NCBI RefSeq assembly: GCF_013149785.1
Contig: NZ_JABEZU010000001.1
Span: forward strand, 124,001-188,000
Direction of reading: 5' to 3'
DNA length: 64,000 nucleotides
DNA from: Isoptericola halotolerans
GTDB taxonomy: Bacteria; Actinomycetota; Actinomycetes; Actinomycetales; Cellulomonadaceae
Every line of letters begins with the position of its first letter. The first letter of the stretch is position 1. Shown in pieces: positions 28,892-38,462 of the stretch. The notes beneath the pieces are model-generated. The model was not told the origin of the DNA. It did not search any database and saw only the letters and a list, made by a program, of their open reading frames with translations. A program made the position numbers and the translations under genes.

Positions 28892-29019
28892 GTTGCCCAC
28901 CCCGCACGACGTCGTTGACGACGCCCATGATCGTGCTGCCGGGGGTCGGGGGCCAGGTCAGTTGAGGTAGTCAAGAGGAATCCCGCGCGCGCCGGTGTGA
29001 CCTGTGCCACGCTGCTGCC

Positions 29020-29445
29020 ATGCTGAGACTGCTGGCTCGGACCGCCGTCCTCCTGCTCGCCGTGGCCGTGGGGCTGCTGCTGACCGACTGGGCGTTCGCG
29101 GCCCTCGGCTGGGAGACCTTCGAGATCGTCTGGAGCAACCCGCTCGCGTTCGTGGTCGCCGTCGTCGTGTTCGCGGTCGCCCAGGCGGTGCTCACGCCGT
29201 TCTTCGCCAAGGTGGCCCGCAACAACGCGCCGGCGATGCTGAGCGCGGTGGGCCTGGTCACCACGTACGTGGCGCTGCTCATCGCGGTGCTCGTCGCTCC
29301 CGACGGCCTGGAGATCTCGGGCTGGCCGGGCTGGTTGGTCGGACCGATCATCGTGTGGATCGTGACCCTGCTGGCGAACTTCCTCCTGCCGGCGCTGCTG
29401 CTGAAGAACGCGGTCGAGAAGCGTCGCGAGGGCGCCGACGGCTGA
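29020..29445 (+). CDS. 4-TM membrane protein (phage holin superfamily IV / DUF360-like)
   Basis: Four hydrophobic segments, GL.ISG...W motif, basic C-terminus. Confidence 0.65.
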   Translation: MLRLLARTAVLLLAVAVGLLLTDWAFAALGWETFEIVWSNPLAFVVAVVVFAVAQAVLTPFFAKVARNNAPAMLSAVGLVTTYVALLIAVLVAPDGLEISGWPGWLVGPIIVWIVTLLANFLLPALLLKNAVEKRREGADG

Positions 29446-29461
29446 CGCGGCGCGGTCGACG

Positions 29462-30487
29462 TCAGCGCGCCGGCGCCGCCGTGCTCGCCCGCTCGACCAG
29501 GCGGGTCGGGACGAGGGTGCGCCCGCGCGGCAAGGTGTGGTCCGCCATCTGGCGCAGCACACCGGCGACGCACAGCCGTCCCACCTCGGCGAAGTCCTGG
29601 TGCACGGTGGTCAGCGGCGGCATGTAGGCGACGGCGTCGGGCAGGTCGTCGAACCCGACGACGCTGACGTCCCCGGGGACCGGCCGTCCCGCCTCGTCGA
29701 GGGCGCGGAGCAGGCCCAGGGCCATCTGGTCGTTCGCGGCGAACACGGCGGTCGCGTCGCTGCGGGCGATCCTGCGTCCGGCCTCGTAGCCGGAGGCGGC
29801 CGACCAGTCGCCCCGGTGCACCTCGGGCACCTCGCGCCCGGCGTCGAGCAGCGTGCGTCGCCAGGCGTCCTCGCGGCGCTGGGCGGAGAACGACTCGGAC
29901 GGGCCGGCGAGGTGCACCACGGTGCGGTGCCCGAGGCCGAGGAGGTGCTCGACGGCGGCACGCGAGCCCGCAGCCTGGTCGGTGTCCACCACGGGGTAGC
30001 GGTCGCCGGCGTCGGAGTCGGCGACGACGACGGGCACGTCGGTGGGCAGGGAGATGCTGGCGGCGTCCAGCAGGTGGACCTCCATGAGCAGGATCACGGC
30101 GTCCACGGCGAGCTCGCCCATCCGGGTGAAGGCGCCGTTGACGCCGTCCTGCGTGGGCGCAGCGACGGGGATGACGGTGATGGCGTACCCCTCGGCCGCG
30201 GCCGACGTCGCGATCGCGTCCAGGGTGCGGACGTTCCCGGTGGTGGACAGCGAGAAGAGGATGACCCCGATGGTGCGGAACCGGCCCGAGCGCAGGGCGC
30301 GGGCCGCGCTGTTGGGCCGGTAGCCGAGCTCGCGCATGGCGGCCAGCACCTGGTCCCGCGTGGAGTCGACGACGCCGGGGTGGCCGTTCGACACCCGCGA
30401 GACGGTCTGGGACGAGACGCCGGCGAGCCGTGCGACGTCGGCCATCGAGACGCGCTGGGGTCGCCCCGCCGGGCTGCGGTCGGCCAC
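29462..30487 (-). CDS. LacI family transcriptional regulator
   Basis: MADVARLAGVSSQTVSRV, YRPNSAARAL, ANDQMALG, VSVVGFDD and PPLTTV. Confidence 0.95.
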   Translation of the reverse strand: MADRSPAGRPQRVSMADVARLAGVSSQTVSRVSNGHPGVVDSTRDQVLAAMRELGYRPNSAARALRSGRFRTIGVILFSLSTTGNVRTLDAIATSAAAEGYAITVIPVAAPTQDGVNGAFTRMGELAVDAVILLMEVHLLDAASISLPTDVPVVVADSDAGDRYPVVDTDQAAGSRAAVEHLLGLGHRTVVHLAGPSESFSAQRREDAWRRTLLDAGREVPEVHRGDWSAASGYEAGRRIARSDATAVFAANDQMALGLLRALDEAGRPVPGDVSVVGFDDLPDAVAYMPPLTTVHQDFAEVGRLCVAGVLRQMADHTLPRGRTLVPTRLVERASTAAPAR

Positions 30488-30572
30488 GGGTCCTCCGATC
30501 AGGTCACGGTTCGGTCTCGGCAGCTGTCGGGGTTGACGTATGCGAGCGGCCGATGCACGATCACCCTAGTCC

Positions 30573-30622
30573 ATGTTTACGTAAACATCGGTGGTCGCGG
30601 CCATCCATGTTGACGTGAACAT
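30573..30622. promoter_or_regulatory. Tandem LacI operators
   Basis: Perfect ATGTTTACGTAAACAT (30573-30588) and ATGTTGACGTGAACAT (30607-30622) between lacI and the ABC operon. Confidence 0.82.
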
Positions 30623-30645
30623 CCCCGTGAGCCCAAGGAAGAAGC

Positions 30646-31569
30646 ATGACGACGACGTCTCCTCCGGTGGCGACGACCCCACCGTCGACCGCCGCCCGGC
30701 GCCCCAGCCGGCGGCGATGGACGGGCTGGATGTTCGTGGGCCCCTTCATGCTCGTGTTCGCGCTGGTGTTCCTCGCCCCGATCGCCTACTCGCTGTACCT
30801 GTCGGTGTTCCGCACCCAGATGGTCGGCGGCACCACGTTCGTGGGCCTGGACAACTACGCCCGTGCGATGCAGGACCCCCAGTTCTGGGAAGGGCTGTGG
30901 CGGGTCAGCCTCTTCCTCGTGGTGCAGGTGCCGATCATGCTCGGCATCGCCCTGCTCGTGGCCCTGGCCATCGACTCCGGGCGTCTCTACGGCAAGAGCT
31001 TCTTCCGGATCTCGATCTTCATGCCCTACGCGGTGCCCGCCGTCGTCGCCTCGCTGATGTGGGGCTTCATGTACGGCACGCGGTTCGGCCTGGTGGGCAA
31101 CCTCAACGACGCGCTCGGCATCTCGCTGCCCGACCCGCTCTCGCCCGACCTCGTGCTGGCGTCGATCGCCAACATCGTCACCTGGGAGTTCGTCGGCTAC
31201 AACATGCTCATCTTCTACGCGGCGCTGCGCGTCGTGCCGCACACGCTGTACGAGGCCGCCGAGATCGACGGCGCCTCCCAGTGGCAGGTGGTCCGGGCGA
31301 TCAAGCTCCCCGCGATCCGCGGCGCACTGGTCATCGCCACGATCTTCTCGATCATCGGCAGCTTCCAGCTCTTCAACGAGCCCAGCATCCTGCAGTCCCT
31401 GGCACCGAACGCCATCACGACGTCGTTCACCCCGAACCTGTACGCCTACTCGCTGTCCTTCTCCGGCCAGCAGTACAACTACTCCGCGACCGTCGCCATC
31501 ATCATGGGCCTGATCACCATGGTGATCGCCTACGTGGTGCAGCTGCGCGGCATGCGCAAGGAGGCGTGA
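30646..31569 (+). CDS. Carbohydrate ABC transporter permease
   Basis: FVGLDNY, LYEAAEIDGA (EAA loop), about 6 TM segments. Confidence 0.94.
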   Translation: MTTTSPPVATTPPSTAARRPSRRRWTGWMFVGPFMLVFALVFLAPIAYSLYLSVFRTQMVGGTTFVGLDNYARAMQDPQFWEGLWRVSLFLVVQVPIMLGIALLVALAIDSGRLYGKSFFRISIFMPYAVPAVVASLMWGFMYGTRFGLVGNLNDALGISLPDPLSPDLVLASIANIVTWEFVGYNMLIFYAALRVVPHTLYEAAEIDGASQWQVVRAIKLPAIRGALVIATIFSIIGSFQLFNEPSILQSLAPNAITTSFTPNLYAYSLSFSGQQYNYSATVAIIMGLITMVIAYVVQLRGMRKEA

Positions 31570-32486
31570 CCACCGTGAGCACCGCGACCTCCGTCCGGGG
31601 CCCCCGCCTGCGGACGCGGACCGTCAACAAGCACAGCGTCGACCGGCCCCGCCGCAGCCCGCTGCTGACGGCGCTCACCGCCGTCGTCCTGCTGTACTCC
31701 CTCGTCCCGCTCGTCTGGCTCGTCGTCAACTCCACCAAGACCCAGGCCGACCTGTTCACCTCGTTCGGGCTGTGGTTCGGCGGCTCGTTCGCCCTCTGGG
31801 ACAACGTCGTCGCGACCCTCACCTACGACGGCGGGGTGTTCGTCCGCTGGCTCGGCAACACCGTGCTGTACGTCGTCCTGGGTGCCGGCGGCGCCACGTT
31901 CCTGGCGATCCTCGGGGGCTACGCCCTGGCCAAGTTCGACTTCCCCGGCAAGCGCGGAGTGTTCGCCGTCGTCATCGGCGCCGTGGCGGTGCCCGGCACC
32001 GCGCTCGCCGTGCCGACCTTCTTGCTGTTCAGCCAGATGGGTCTGACGAACACGCCCTGGGCCGTGATCATCCCGTCGCTGATCTCCCCGTTCGGGCTCT
32101 ATCTCATGTGGACGTTCGCGGCCGAGGCCATCCCCACCGAGCTGCTCGAGGCCGCGCGGATCGACGGCGCGGGCGAGTTCCGCACGTTCTTCCGCGTCAG
32201 CCTGCCGCTGCTCGCCCCGGGGATCGTCACCGTGCTGCTGTTCACGATGGTGGCCACCTGGAACAACTACTTCCTGCCGCTGATCATGCTGCGGGACTCG
32301 TCGTGGTACCCGCTCACGCTCGGGCTCAACGCCTGGAACGCGCAGGCGGCCACCGCCGGCGGCGAGGCCATCTTCCACCTCGTCATCACCGGCTCCCTGC
32401 TCACCATCCTGCCCCTCGTCGCGGCCTTCCTGCTGCTGCAGCGGTACTGGCAGTCCGGGCTCGCCGCCGGGAGCGTCAAGGAATGA
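31566..32486 (+). CDS. Carbohydrate ABC transporter permease
   Basis: ELLEAARIDGAGE, WNNYFLP and GLAAGSVK; GTGA overlap with the previous gene. Confidence 0.93.
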   Translation: MTTVSTATSVRGPRLRTRTVNKHSVDRPRRSPLLTALTAVVLLYSLVPLVWLVVNSTKTQADLFTSFGLWFGGSFALWDNVVATLTYDGGVFVRWLGNTVLYVVLGAGGATFLAILGGYALAKFDFPGKRGVFAVVIGAVAVPGTALAVPTFLLFSQMGLTNTPWAVIIPSLISPFGLYLMWTFAAEAIPTELLEAARIDGAGEFRTFFRVSLPLLAPGIVTVLLFTMVATWNNYFLPLIMLRDSSWYPLTLGLNAWNAQAATAGGEAIFHLVITGSLLTILPLVAAFLLLQRYWQSGLAAGSVKE

Positions 32487-32545
32487 CCCGCTCCACAGCC
32501 CCGACGACATCGATCGACCGTTCCGACAACGAAGTGAGGACTGAC

Positions 32546-33883
32546 ATGACCGCACGACCCGACCTTTCACGCCGCGTGCTGCGCGGCACCGCCGCCGCCG
32601 GCGTCCTGGCCCTGGCCCTGACCGCCTGCGGGGGCGGCGAGACCGAGTCCGGCGAGGCCGCCCAGGACGCCGACGCCGCGCTGGCAGAAGGCGGCGAGAT
32701 CACCGTCTGGGCCTGGGACCCCACGCTCGCGTCGGTGGCCGCCGACTTCGAGGCGGAGAACCCGGGCGTCACCGTCACGCTGGAGAACGTCGGCACCGGC
32801 AACGACCAGTACACGGCGCTGCAGAACGCCATCGCCGCCGGCGACGGCGTGCCCGACGTCGCGCAGGTCGAGTTCTACGCCCTGCCGCAGTTCGCGCTGT
32901 CCGAGGCGATGACGGACCTGACCGCCTACGGTGCCGACCAGCTCGACGGCACCTTCACCCCCGGCCCGTGGGGCGCCGTGCAGCAGGAGGGTGGCGTCTA
33001 CGCCCTGCCCACCGACTCCGGCCCGATGGCCCTGTTCTACAACCAGCGTGTCTTCGACGAGCACGGCATCGACGTCCCCACCACCTGGGAGGAGTACGTC
33101 GAGGCCGCCCGCACCCTCCACGAGGCCGACCCGGACGCCTACCTCACCAACGACGTCGGCGACGCCGGGTTCACGACCTCGCTGATCTGGCAGGCCGGTG
33201 GCCGGCCCTACCAGGTGGACGGCACCGAGGTGACCGTCGACTTCTCCGACGCCGGCACCCAGCAGTTCACCTCCACCTGGCAGACGATGCTCGACGAGGA
33301 CCTCGTGGCCCCCGTCGGTTCCTGGAGCGACGAGTGGTACCAGGGCCTGTCCGACGGGTCGATCGCCTCGCTGGTCATCGGCGCCTGGATGCGTGGCAAC
33401 CTCGAGTCCTCCGTGCCCGGCGCGGCAGGTGACTGGGCCGTCGCCCCGATGCCGCAGTGGGAGAGCGGTGCGGAGGTCACCGCGGAGAACGGCGGCAGCT
33501 CCCTCGCCATCCCCGCGGCGAGCGAGAACGCCGACCTCGCCTGGGCGTTCCTCGAGTACGCGACCGTCGGTGACGGCATCGCCACCCGCGTCGCCGAGGG
33601 TGCCTTCCCCGCCACCGTCGCCGAGCTGGAGGACCCCACGTTCCGCGAGGAGGAGTTCGACTACTTCGGCGGCCAGGCCGTGAACGAGGTGCTGGCCGAC
33701 TCGGCGTCCCAGGTCGCCGAGGGGTGGCAGTACCTGCCCTTCCAGGTGTACGCCAACTCGATCTTCAACGACACGGTCGGTCAGGCGTACGTCACCGACA
33801 CCACCCTGACCGACGGTCTGGCGACCTGGCAGGACCAGACCATCGCCTACGGCGAGGACCAGGGCTTCACCGTCGACCCGTGA
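32546..33883 (+). CDS. Sugar ABC transporter substrate-binding lipoprotein
   Basis: Lipobox LALTAC; PDVAQVE, LFYN, PTTWEEY and NGGS motifs; RBS GAGGA. Confidence 0.93.
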   Translation: MTARPDLSRRVLRGTAAAGVLALALTACGGGETESGEAAQDADAALAEGGEITVWAWDPTLASVAADFEAENPGVTVTLENVGTGNDQYTALQNAIAAGDGVPDVAQVEFYALPQFALSEAMTDLTAYGADQLDGTFTPGPWGAVQQEGGVYALPTDSGPMALFYNQRVFDEHGIDVPTTWEEYVEAARTLHEADPDAYLTNDVGDAGFTTSLIWQAGGRPYQVDGTEVTVDFSDAGTQQFTSTWQTMLDEDLVAPVGSWSDEWYQGLSDGSIASLVIGAWMRGNLESSVPGAAGDWAVAPMPQWESGAEVTAENGGSSLAIPAASENADLAWAFLEYATVGDGIATRVAEGAFPATVAELEDPTFREEEFDYFGGQAVNEVLADSASQVAEGWQYLPFQVYANSIFNDTVGQAYVTDTTLTDGLATWQDQTIAYGEDQGFTVDP

Positions 33884-33900
33884 CGCCCGCTCCCTGAGCA

Positions 33901-33933
33901 CCGGTGGGGACGGCCGCCCGCCGTCCCCACCGG
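33901..33933 (+). terminator. Intercistronic stem-loop after the binding-protein gene
   Basis: Perfect 14-bp stem CCGGTGGGGACGGC / GCCGTCCCCACCGG. Confidence 0.65.
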
Positions 33934-33998
33934 CGCTCGGGCCCGCAGCACGGCATCCGCAGCACCACGTACACATCCCCGTTCGTCCAGGAGCACCC

Positions 33999-36086
33999 AT
34001 GACCGACGTCTCCCGCCTGCTCGCAGGTCCCGAGTCGACCCGTCCTGCCCGCCTCGGGTACGGCGCCGACTACAACCCGGACCAGTGGCCCCGTGAGGTG
34101 TGGGCCGACGACGCCCGGCTCATGCAGGCCGCCGGCGTCAACGTCGTCTCCGTCGCGATCTTCTCCTGGGCCCGGCTCCAGCCCGCACCCGACCGGTGGG
34201 ACTTCGACTGGCTCGACGAGGTCATGGACCTCATGCACGCCCACGGCATCTCCGTGGACCTCGCCACCGCCACCGCGTCCCCGCCGCCGTGGTTGACCAC
34301 CCTGCACCCCGAGATCCTGCCCGTCACGCGCACCGGGGAGACGCTGTGGCCCGGCGGACGTCAGCAGTGGCGCCCCACCTCACCGGTGTTCCGCCGCTAC
34401 GCCCTCGCTCTCGTCGAGGCCATGGCCGAGCGCTACGCGCAGCACCCGGCGCTCGCTGCCTGGCACGTCAGCAACGAGCTCGGCTGCCACAACGTCGAGG
34501 ACTACTCCGACGACGCCGCCCGCGCGTTCCGCACCTGGCTCACCGCGCGGTACGGCACGCTCGACCGGCTCAACGAGGCCTGGGGCACCGCCTTCTGGTC
34601 GCAGCGGTACACCGACTGGGACCAGATCCTGCCGCCGCGGCTGGCGGCCTCGTACCCCAACCCCACCCAACAGCTCGACTTCAAGCGGTTCTCCTCCGAC
34701 GCCCTGGTCGACCACCTGCGCGCCGAGCGCGACGTGCTGCGCCGGATCACGCCGGACGTCCCCGTCACCACGAACTTCATGGTGATGGGTGAGACGAAGG
34801 GCATGGACTACGCCTCCTGGGCGCCCGAGATCGACTTCGTCTCCAACGACCACTACCTGCAGCCCGGCCCGCAGGGCCGCGAGGAGATGTCCTTCTCCGC
34901 GAACCTCACCAGCGGCGTGGCGGGCGGGCGCCCCTGGTTCCTCATGGAGCACTCCACCAGCGCCGTCAACTGGCAGCCGGTCAACGTCCCCAAGCGGCCG
35001 GGCGAGCTCGCCCGCGACTCCCTGACGCACGTCGCCCACGGCGCCGACGCCGTCTGCTTCTTCCAGTGGCGCCAGTCCGCTGCCGGTGCCGAGAAGTACC
35101 ACTCGGCGATGGTCCCGCACGCCGGGGAGGACTCCGCGCTGTTCCGCGACGTCGTCGCCCTCGGCCGGACGCTCGCCGACCTCGCCCCCGTCGTCGGGGC
35201 GGAGCGTGCACCCGCCCGCGCCGCGATCCTCTTCGACTGGGACTCCTGGTGGACGTCCGAGCTGGACTCGCACCCCACCGAACAGCTCCGCTATCGCGCC
35301 GAGGCGCTGGACTGGTACCAGGCGTTCCTGGACGCCGGCGTGCGCGCCGATGTCGTGCCCGTGGCCGGCCTGGACGACGGCCGCACGGACCTCGCCGACT
35401 ACGACGTCGTCGTCGCGCCGGTGCTGCACGTCGTCCCGGCGGCGCTCGCGGACCGGCTGACCCGTTGGGTGGAGGCCGGCGGCCACCTCGTCACCACGTA
35501 CTTCTCCGGCATCGTCGACGCCGACGACCACGTGTGGCTCGGCGGCTACCCCGGGGCGCTGCGCGACCTGCTGGGCCTGCGCATCGAGGAGCTCAACCCC
35601 CTGCGCGACGGCGAGAGCGTACGCCTCGACGACGGGTCCACCGGCACGCTGTGGACCGACCGCATCGACGTGCTCCCGGGCACGCAGGTGCTGGCGCGCT
35701 ACCTCGACGGTCAGCAGGCGGGACGGGCCGCCGTGACCCGCCGGGCCGTCGGGCAGGGATCGGCCGCCTACGTCTCGACCCGGCTCGGGGCCGCGGGCCT
35801 GCGCCCGCTGCTCGAGAAGCTCCTCGGTGCCGCCGGCGTGCGCAGCGAGCTGCCCGCACCGTTGCGGGGCCGCGTCGAGCTCACCGTGCGCCGCGCCGCC
35901 CACGAGGAGTTCTGGTTCCTCGTGAACCGCACCGACGAGACCCTCGGGCTCTCCGGCCTCGACGGGAAGGTGCTCGTGGCCACGACGCCCGACGACGGTG
36001 CGCACCCGACGCCCGCCGACCGGCCGGGCTCCTTCGACGAGTTCGCCCCCCGCGGTGTCGTCGTCCTGCGACGCCCCCGCCCCTGA
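33999..36086 (+). CDS. Beta-galactosidase, GH42
   Basis: GADYNPDQW, IFSWA, WHVSNE, LNEAWGTAFWS, FLMEH, FFQWR and EKYHS. Confidence 0.95.
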   Translation: MTDVSRLLAGPESTRPARLGYGADYNPDQWPREVWADDARLMQAAGVNVVSVAIFSWARLQPAPDRWDFDWLDEVMDLMHAHGISVDLATATASPPPWLTTLHPEILPVTRTGETLWPGGRQQWRPTSPVFRRYALALVEAMAERYAQHPALAAWHVSNELGCHNVEDYSDDAARAFRTWLTARYGTLDRLNEAWGTAFWSQRYTDWDQILPPRLAASYPNPTQQLDFKRFSSDALVDHLRAERDVLRRITPDVPVTTNFMVMGETKGMDYASWAPEIDFVSNDHYLQPGPQGREEMSFSANLTSGVAGGRPWFLMEHSTSAVNWQPVNVPKRPGELARDSLTHVAHGADAVCFFQWRQSAAGAEKYHSAMVPHAGEDSALFRDVVALGRTLADLAPVVGAERAPARAAILFDWDSWWTSELDSHPTEQLRYRAEALDWYQAFLDAGVRADVVPVAGLDDGRTDLADYDVVVAPVLHVVPAALADRLTRWVEAGGHLVTTYFSGIVDADDHVWLGGYPGALRDLLGLRIEELNPLRDGESVRLDDGSTGTLWTDRIDVLPGTQVLARYLDGQQAGRAAVTRRAVGQGSAAYVSTRLGAAGLRPLLEKLLGAAGVRSELPAPLRGRVELTVRRAAHEEFWFLVNRTDETLGLSGLDGKVLVATTPDDGAHPTPADRPGSFDEFAPRGVVVLRRPRP

Positions 36087-36096
36087 CCACCCTCGT

Positions 36097-36158
36097 CGCC
36101 GAACAGGAAGCTGGTCCCGTTTTCACCTCGGAAAGCGGGACCAACTTCCTGTTCGGCG
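36097..36158. repeat. Long imperfect palindrome (terminator or REP-like element)
   Basis: CGCCGAACAGGAAGCTGGTCCCG...CGGGACCAACTTCCTGTTCGGCG. Confidence 0.65.
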
Positions 36159-36174
36159 TCGGTACGCTCGCCGT

Positions 36175-37410
36175 GTGAGCTCCACCGGGGCGGCCGAGAC
36201 CGTCGGGATCGTCGGCGGCGGCATCGTGGGCCTGGCCGTGGCCCGCGAGGTGCTGCGCCGCCGTCCCGGCACGCGGGTGCTCGTCCTGGAGGCCGAGGAC
36301 CGCCTGGGCGCGCACCAGACGGGCCACAACTCCGGCGTCGTGCACGCCGGGATCTACTACCGGCCCGGCAGCCTCAAGGCGCGGCTGTGCACCCGCGGCC
36401 GGCACCTGCTGCGGGACTACTGCGCCGAGCACGACCTGCCGTACGAGGAGGTCGGCAAGCTGGTCGTCGCCGTGTCCCCGTCCGAGCAGGGCCGGTTCGA
36501 CGCCCTGGAGCGGACCGCACGCGAGAACGGGGTGCCCGGGCTCCGGCGGCTGGGCGCCGGCGAGATCCGCGACGTCGAGCCGCACGCCGTCGGGCTCGCC
36601 GCCCTGCACTCCCCGCGGACGGCCGTCACCGACTTCGTCGCCGTGTGCGCCCGGCTCGGCCGCGACGTCGAGGCGGGCGGCGGCCGGGTGCTGCTCGGTG
36701 CGCGGGTGACCGGCGTCGAGCGTTCCGGCGGCCGGGTGGTCGTCAGCTGCGGAGACGCCCGGCACCCGGGGGACCGGCACCCGGGGGACCGACACGCCGT
36801 GGACCGCCTCGTGGTGTGCGGCGGTCTGCAGTCCGACCGGCTCGCGGCGCTCGTCGGCGGGGACCCCGGCCCGGCGATCGTCCCGTTCCGCGGCGAGTAC
36901 CTGACGGTCCGCCCGGCGAAGCAGGACCTGGTGCGCGGCATGGTCTACCCCGTGCCCGACCCGCGGTACCCGTTCCTGGGCGTGCACTTCACGCGCACCG
37001 TGGCCGGCGGTCTCGAGGTGGGCCCGAACGCCGTCCTCGCCCTGGACCGGAGTAGCTACCGTCGCCTCGCGATGAGCCCGCGGGACACCGCGGCGGTGCT
37101 CGGCTGGCCGGGGTTCTGGCGGATGGCCGCCCGGCACTGGCGCACGGGGCTGCGCGAGGTCTACGGCTCGGCCGTGACGGCGGCGTACCTGGCCACCGCG
37201 CGACGCTACGTCCCCGCGATCGGCAGCGCCGACGTCGTACGCGGGCGTACGGGGCTGCGTGCACAGGCCGTCGCGCGCGACGGTTCTCTCGTGGACGACT
37301 TCGTCGTCGAGACGTCCGACGGCGTCACCTGCGTGCGCAACGCGCCCTCGCCCGCCGCGACGTCGAGCCTCGCGATCGCCGAGCACGTCGTCGACACCGT
37401 CTACGGGTGA
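36175..37410 (+). CDS. lhgO: L-2-hydroxyglutarate oxidase LhgO family
   Basis: GGGIVGLA, HQTGHNSGVVHAGIYY.PGSLKA, PFRGEY, YPVPDP..PFLGVHFT and NAPSPAATSSL. Confidence 0.92.
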   Translation: MSSTGAAETVGIVGGGIVGLAVAREVLRRRPGTRVLVLEAEDRLGAHQTGHNSGVVHAGIYYRPGSLKARLCTRGRHLLRDYCAEHDLPYEEVGKLVVAVSPSEQGRFDALERTARENGVPGLRRLGAGEIRDVEPHAVGLAALHSPRTAVTDFVAVCARLGRDVEAGGGRVLLGARVTGVERSGGRVVVSCGDARHPGDRHPGDRHAVDRLVVCGGLQSDRLAALVGGDPGPAIVPFRGEYLTVRPAKQDLVRGMVYPVPDPRYPFLGVHFTRTVAGGLEVGPNAVLALDRSSYRRLAMSPRDTAAVLGWPGFWRMAARHWRTGLREVYGSAVTAAYLATARRYVPAIGSADVVRGRTGLRAQAVARDGSLVDDFVVETSDGVTCVRNAPSPAATSSLAIAEHVVDTVYG

Positions 37411-37464
37411 GGGCACGCGGCTGTCGAGGTGCACCGGTCGTCACGGGTCGGCAAGGTGGGCCCT

Positions 37465-38430
37465 ATGAGTCCTGCCCGGCGTCGCCTCCTGATCGCGGCG
37501 CTCGTCGCGCTCGCTCCCCTCGTGCTCCTCGGCGCCCTCGCCCCGGAGCTCGCGATGCCGTACTACCTCGGCATGCTGCCCGCCACGATCGCGGCCGTCG
37601 CCTCGTGGCGGCGCGCCTGGGTGGTGGCGCTGCTCACCGGGTCTCTCGCGCTGGTGGCGCCGCTCGCCGGGGCGCAGGCCTGGTCGGCGACGCTGCTGAT
37701 GTCGGCCGTGGCGTGCGGGCTCGGCCTCGCGGCGCACCGGGGGTGGTCGTCCGGCGGGGCGCCGGCCGCCGCCACCCTGGCCGCGCTCACGATCGCGCCT
37801 CCTGCTCTGACGGCTGCCGACCCGCGCACCCTGGCCGGGTCGTGGCCGGTCGCCGCGGTCGTCCTGCTCGGCGGTCTGTGTGCGGCCGCCACGGCGACGC
37901 TCTTCACCCGGGACGTGCGGCGGCGCCCGCACGAGCCGCTCGTCGGGACGGAGTCGACCTTCTACACCACGGCGCTCGTGGTCTTCACGGCTGTCGGGAC
38001 CTGGTGGGCGGCGGTCTACTTCCCGGACACCCACTCCTGGTGGCTGCTGCTGACCTTCTACATGGTGATGGTGCCGCGGACCGGTGACATCACCGCGCGG
38101 GCGCTCGAGCGGGCGGGGGGCACGGTGCTCGGTGGGCTGGTGATCGTGCTCCTGGTCGCGCTGGACGTGCCCCACGCCGTCCTGACCGCGGTCCTCGTCG
38201 CCGGGGCCGTGGGCTGCGCGGTGACGTATCTCGCTGCGCCCTACTGGGTGTACGCGGCCTTCCTGACGCTGACCGTGATCGGGCTCTCGGCGGGGGACGC
38301 TCCCGTGGCGGGGGCCCTGGAGCGGGTCGCGCTCACGCTGCTCGGGGCCGGGGCGGCCGCGGGGATCCTGCTGCTCGCCCGTGCCGTCGCCTCGCGCGGC
38401 GCGCGCTCCCACGACTGTGCCGACGCCTGA
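37465..38430 (+). CDS. FUSC family (aromatic acid exporter-like) membrane protein
   Basis: Multi-TM; HSWW.LLT...V, ALER.GGT.LG and ERVALTLLG. Confidence 0.75.
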   Translation: MSPARRRLLIAALVALAPLVLLGALAPELAMPYYLGMLPATIAAVASWRRAWVVALLTGSLALVAPLAGAQAWSATLLMSAVACGLGLAAHRGWSSGGAPAAATLAALTIAPPALTAADPRTLAGSWPVAAVVLLGGLCAAATATLFTRDVRRRPHEPLVGTESTFYTTALVVFTAVGTWWAAVYFPDTHSWWLLLTFYMVMVPRTGDITARALERAGGTVLGGLVIVLLVALDVPHAVLTAVLVAGAVGCAVTYLAAPYWVYAAFLTLTVIGLSAGDAPVAGALERVALTLLGAGAAAGILLLARAVASRGARSHDCADA

Positions 38431-38462
38431 GCGGCGCTGCTAGCCTCCCGGTGTGATGAACC

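Noticed and set aside
29020..29445. Holin-like gene as evidence of a prophage
   Set aside because: No endolysin, integrase or structural genes nearby; this 4-TM family is common in actinobacterial chromosomes.
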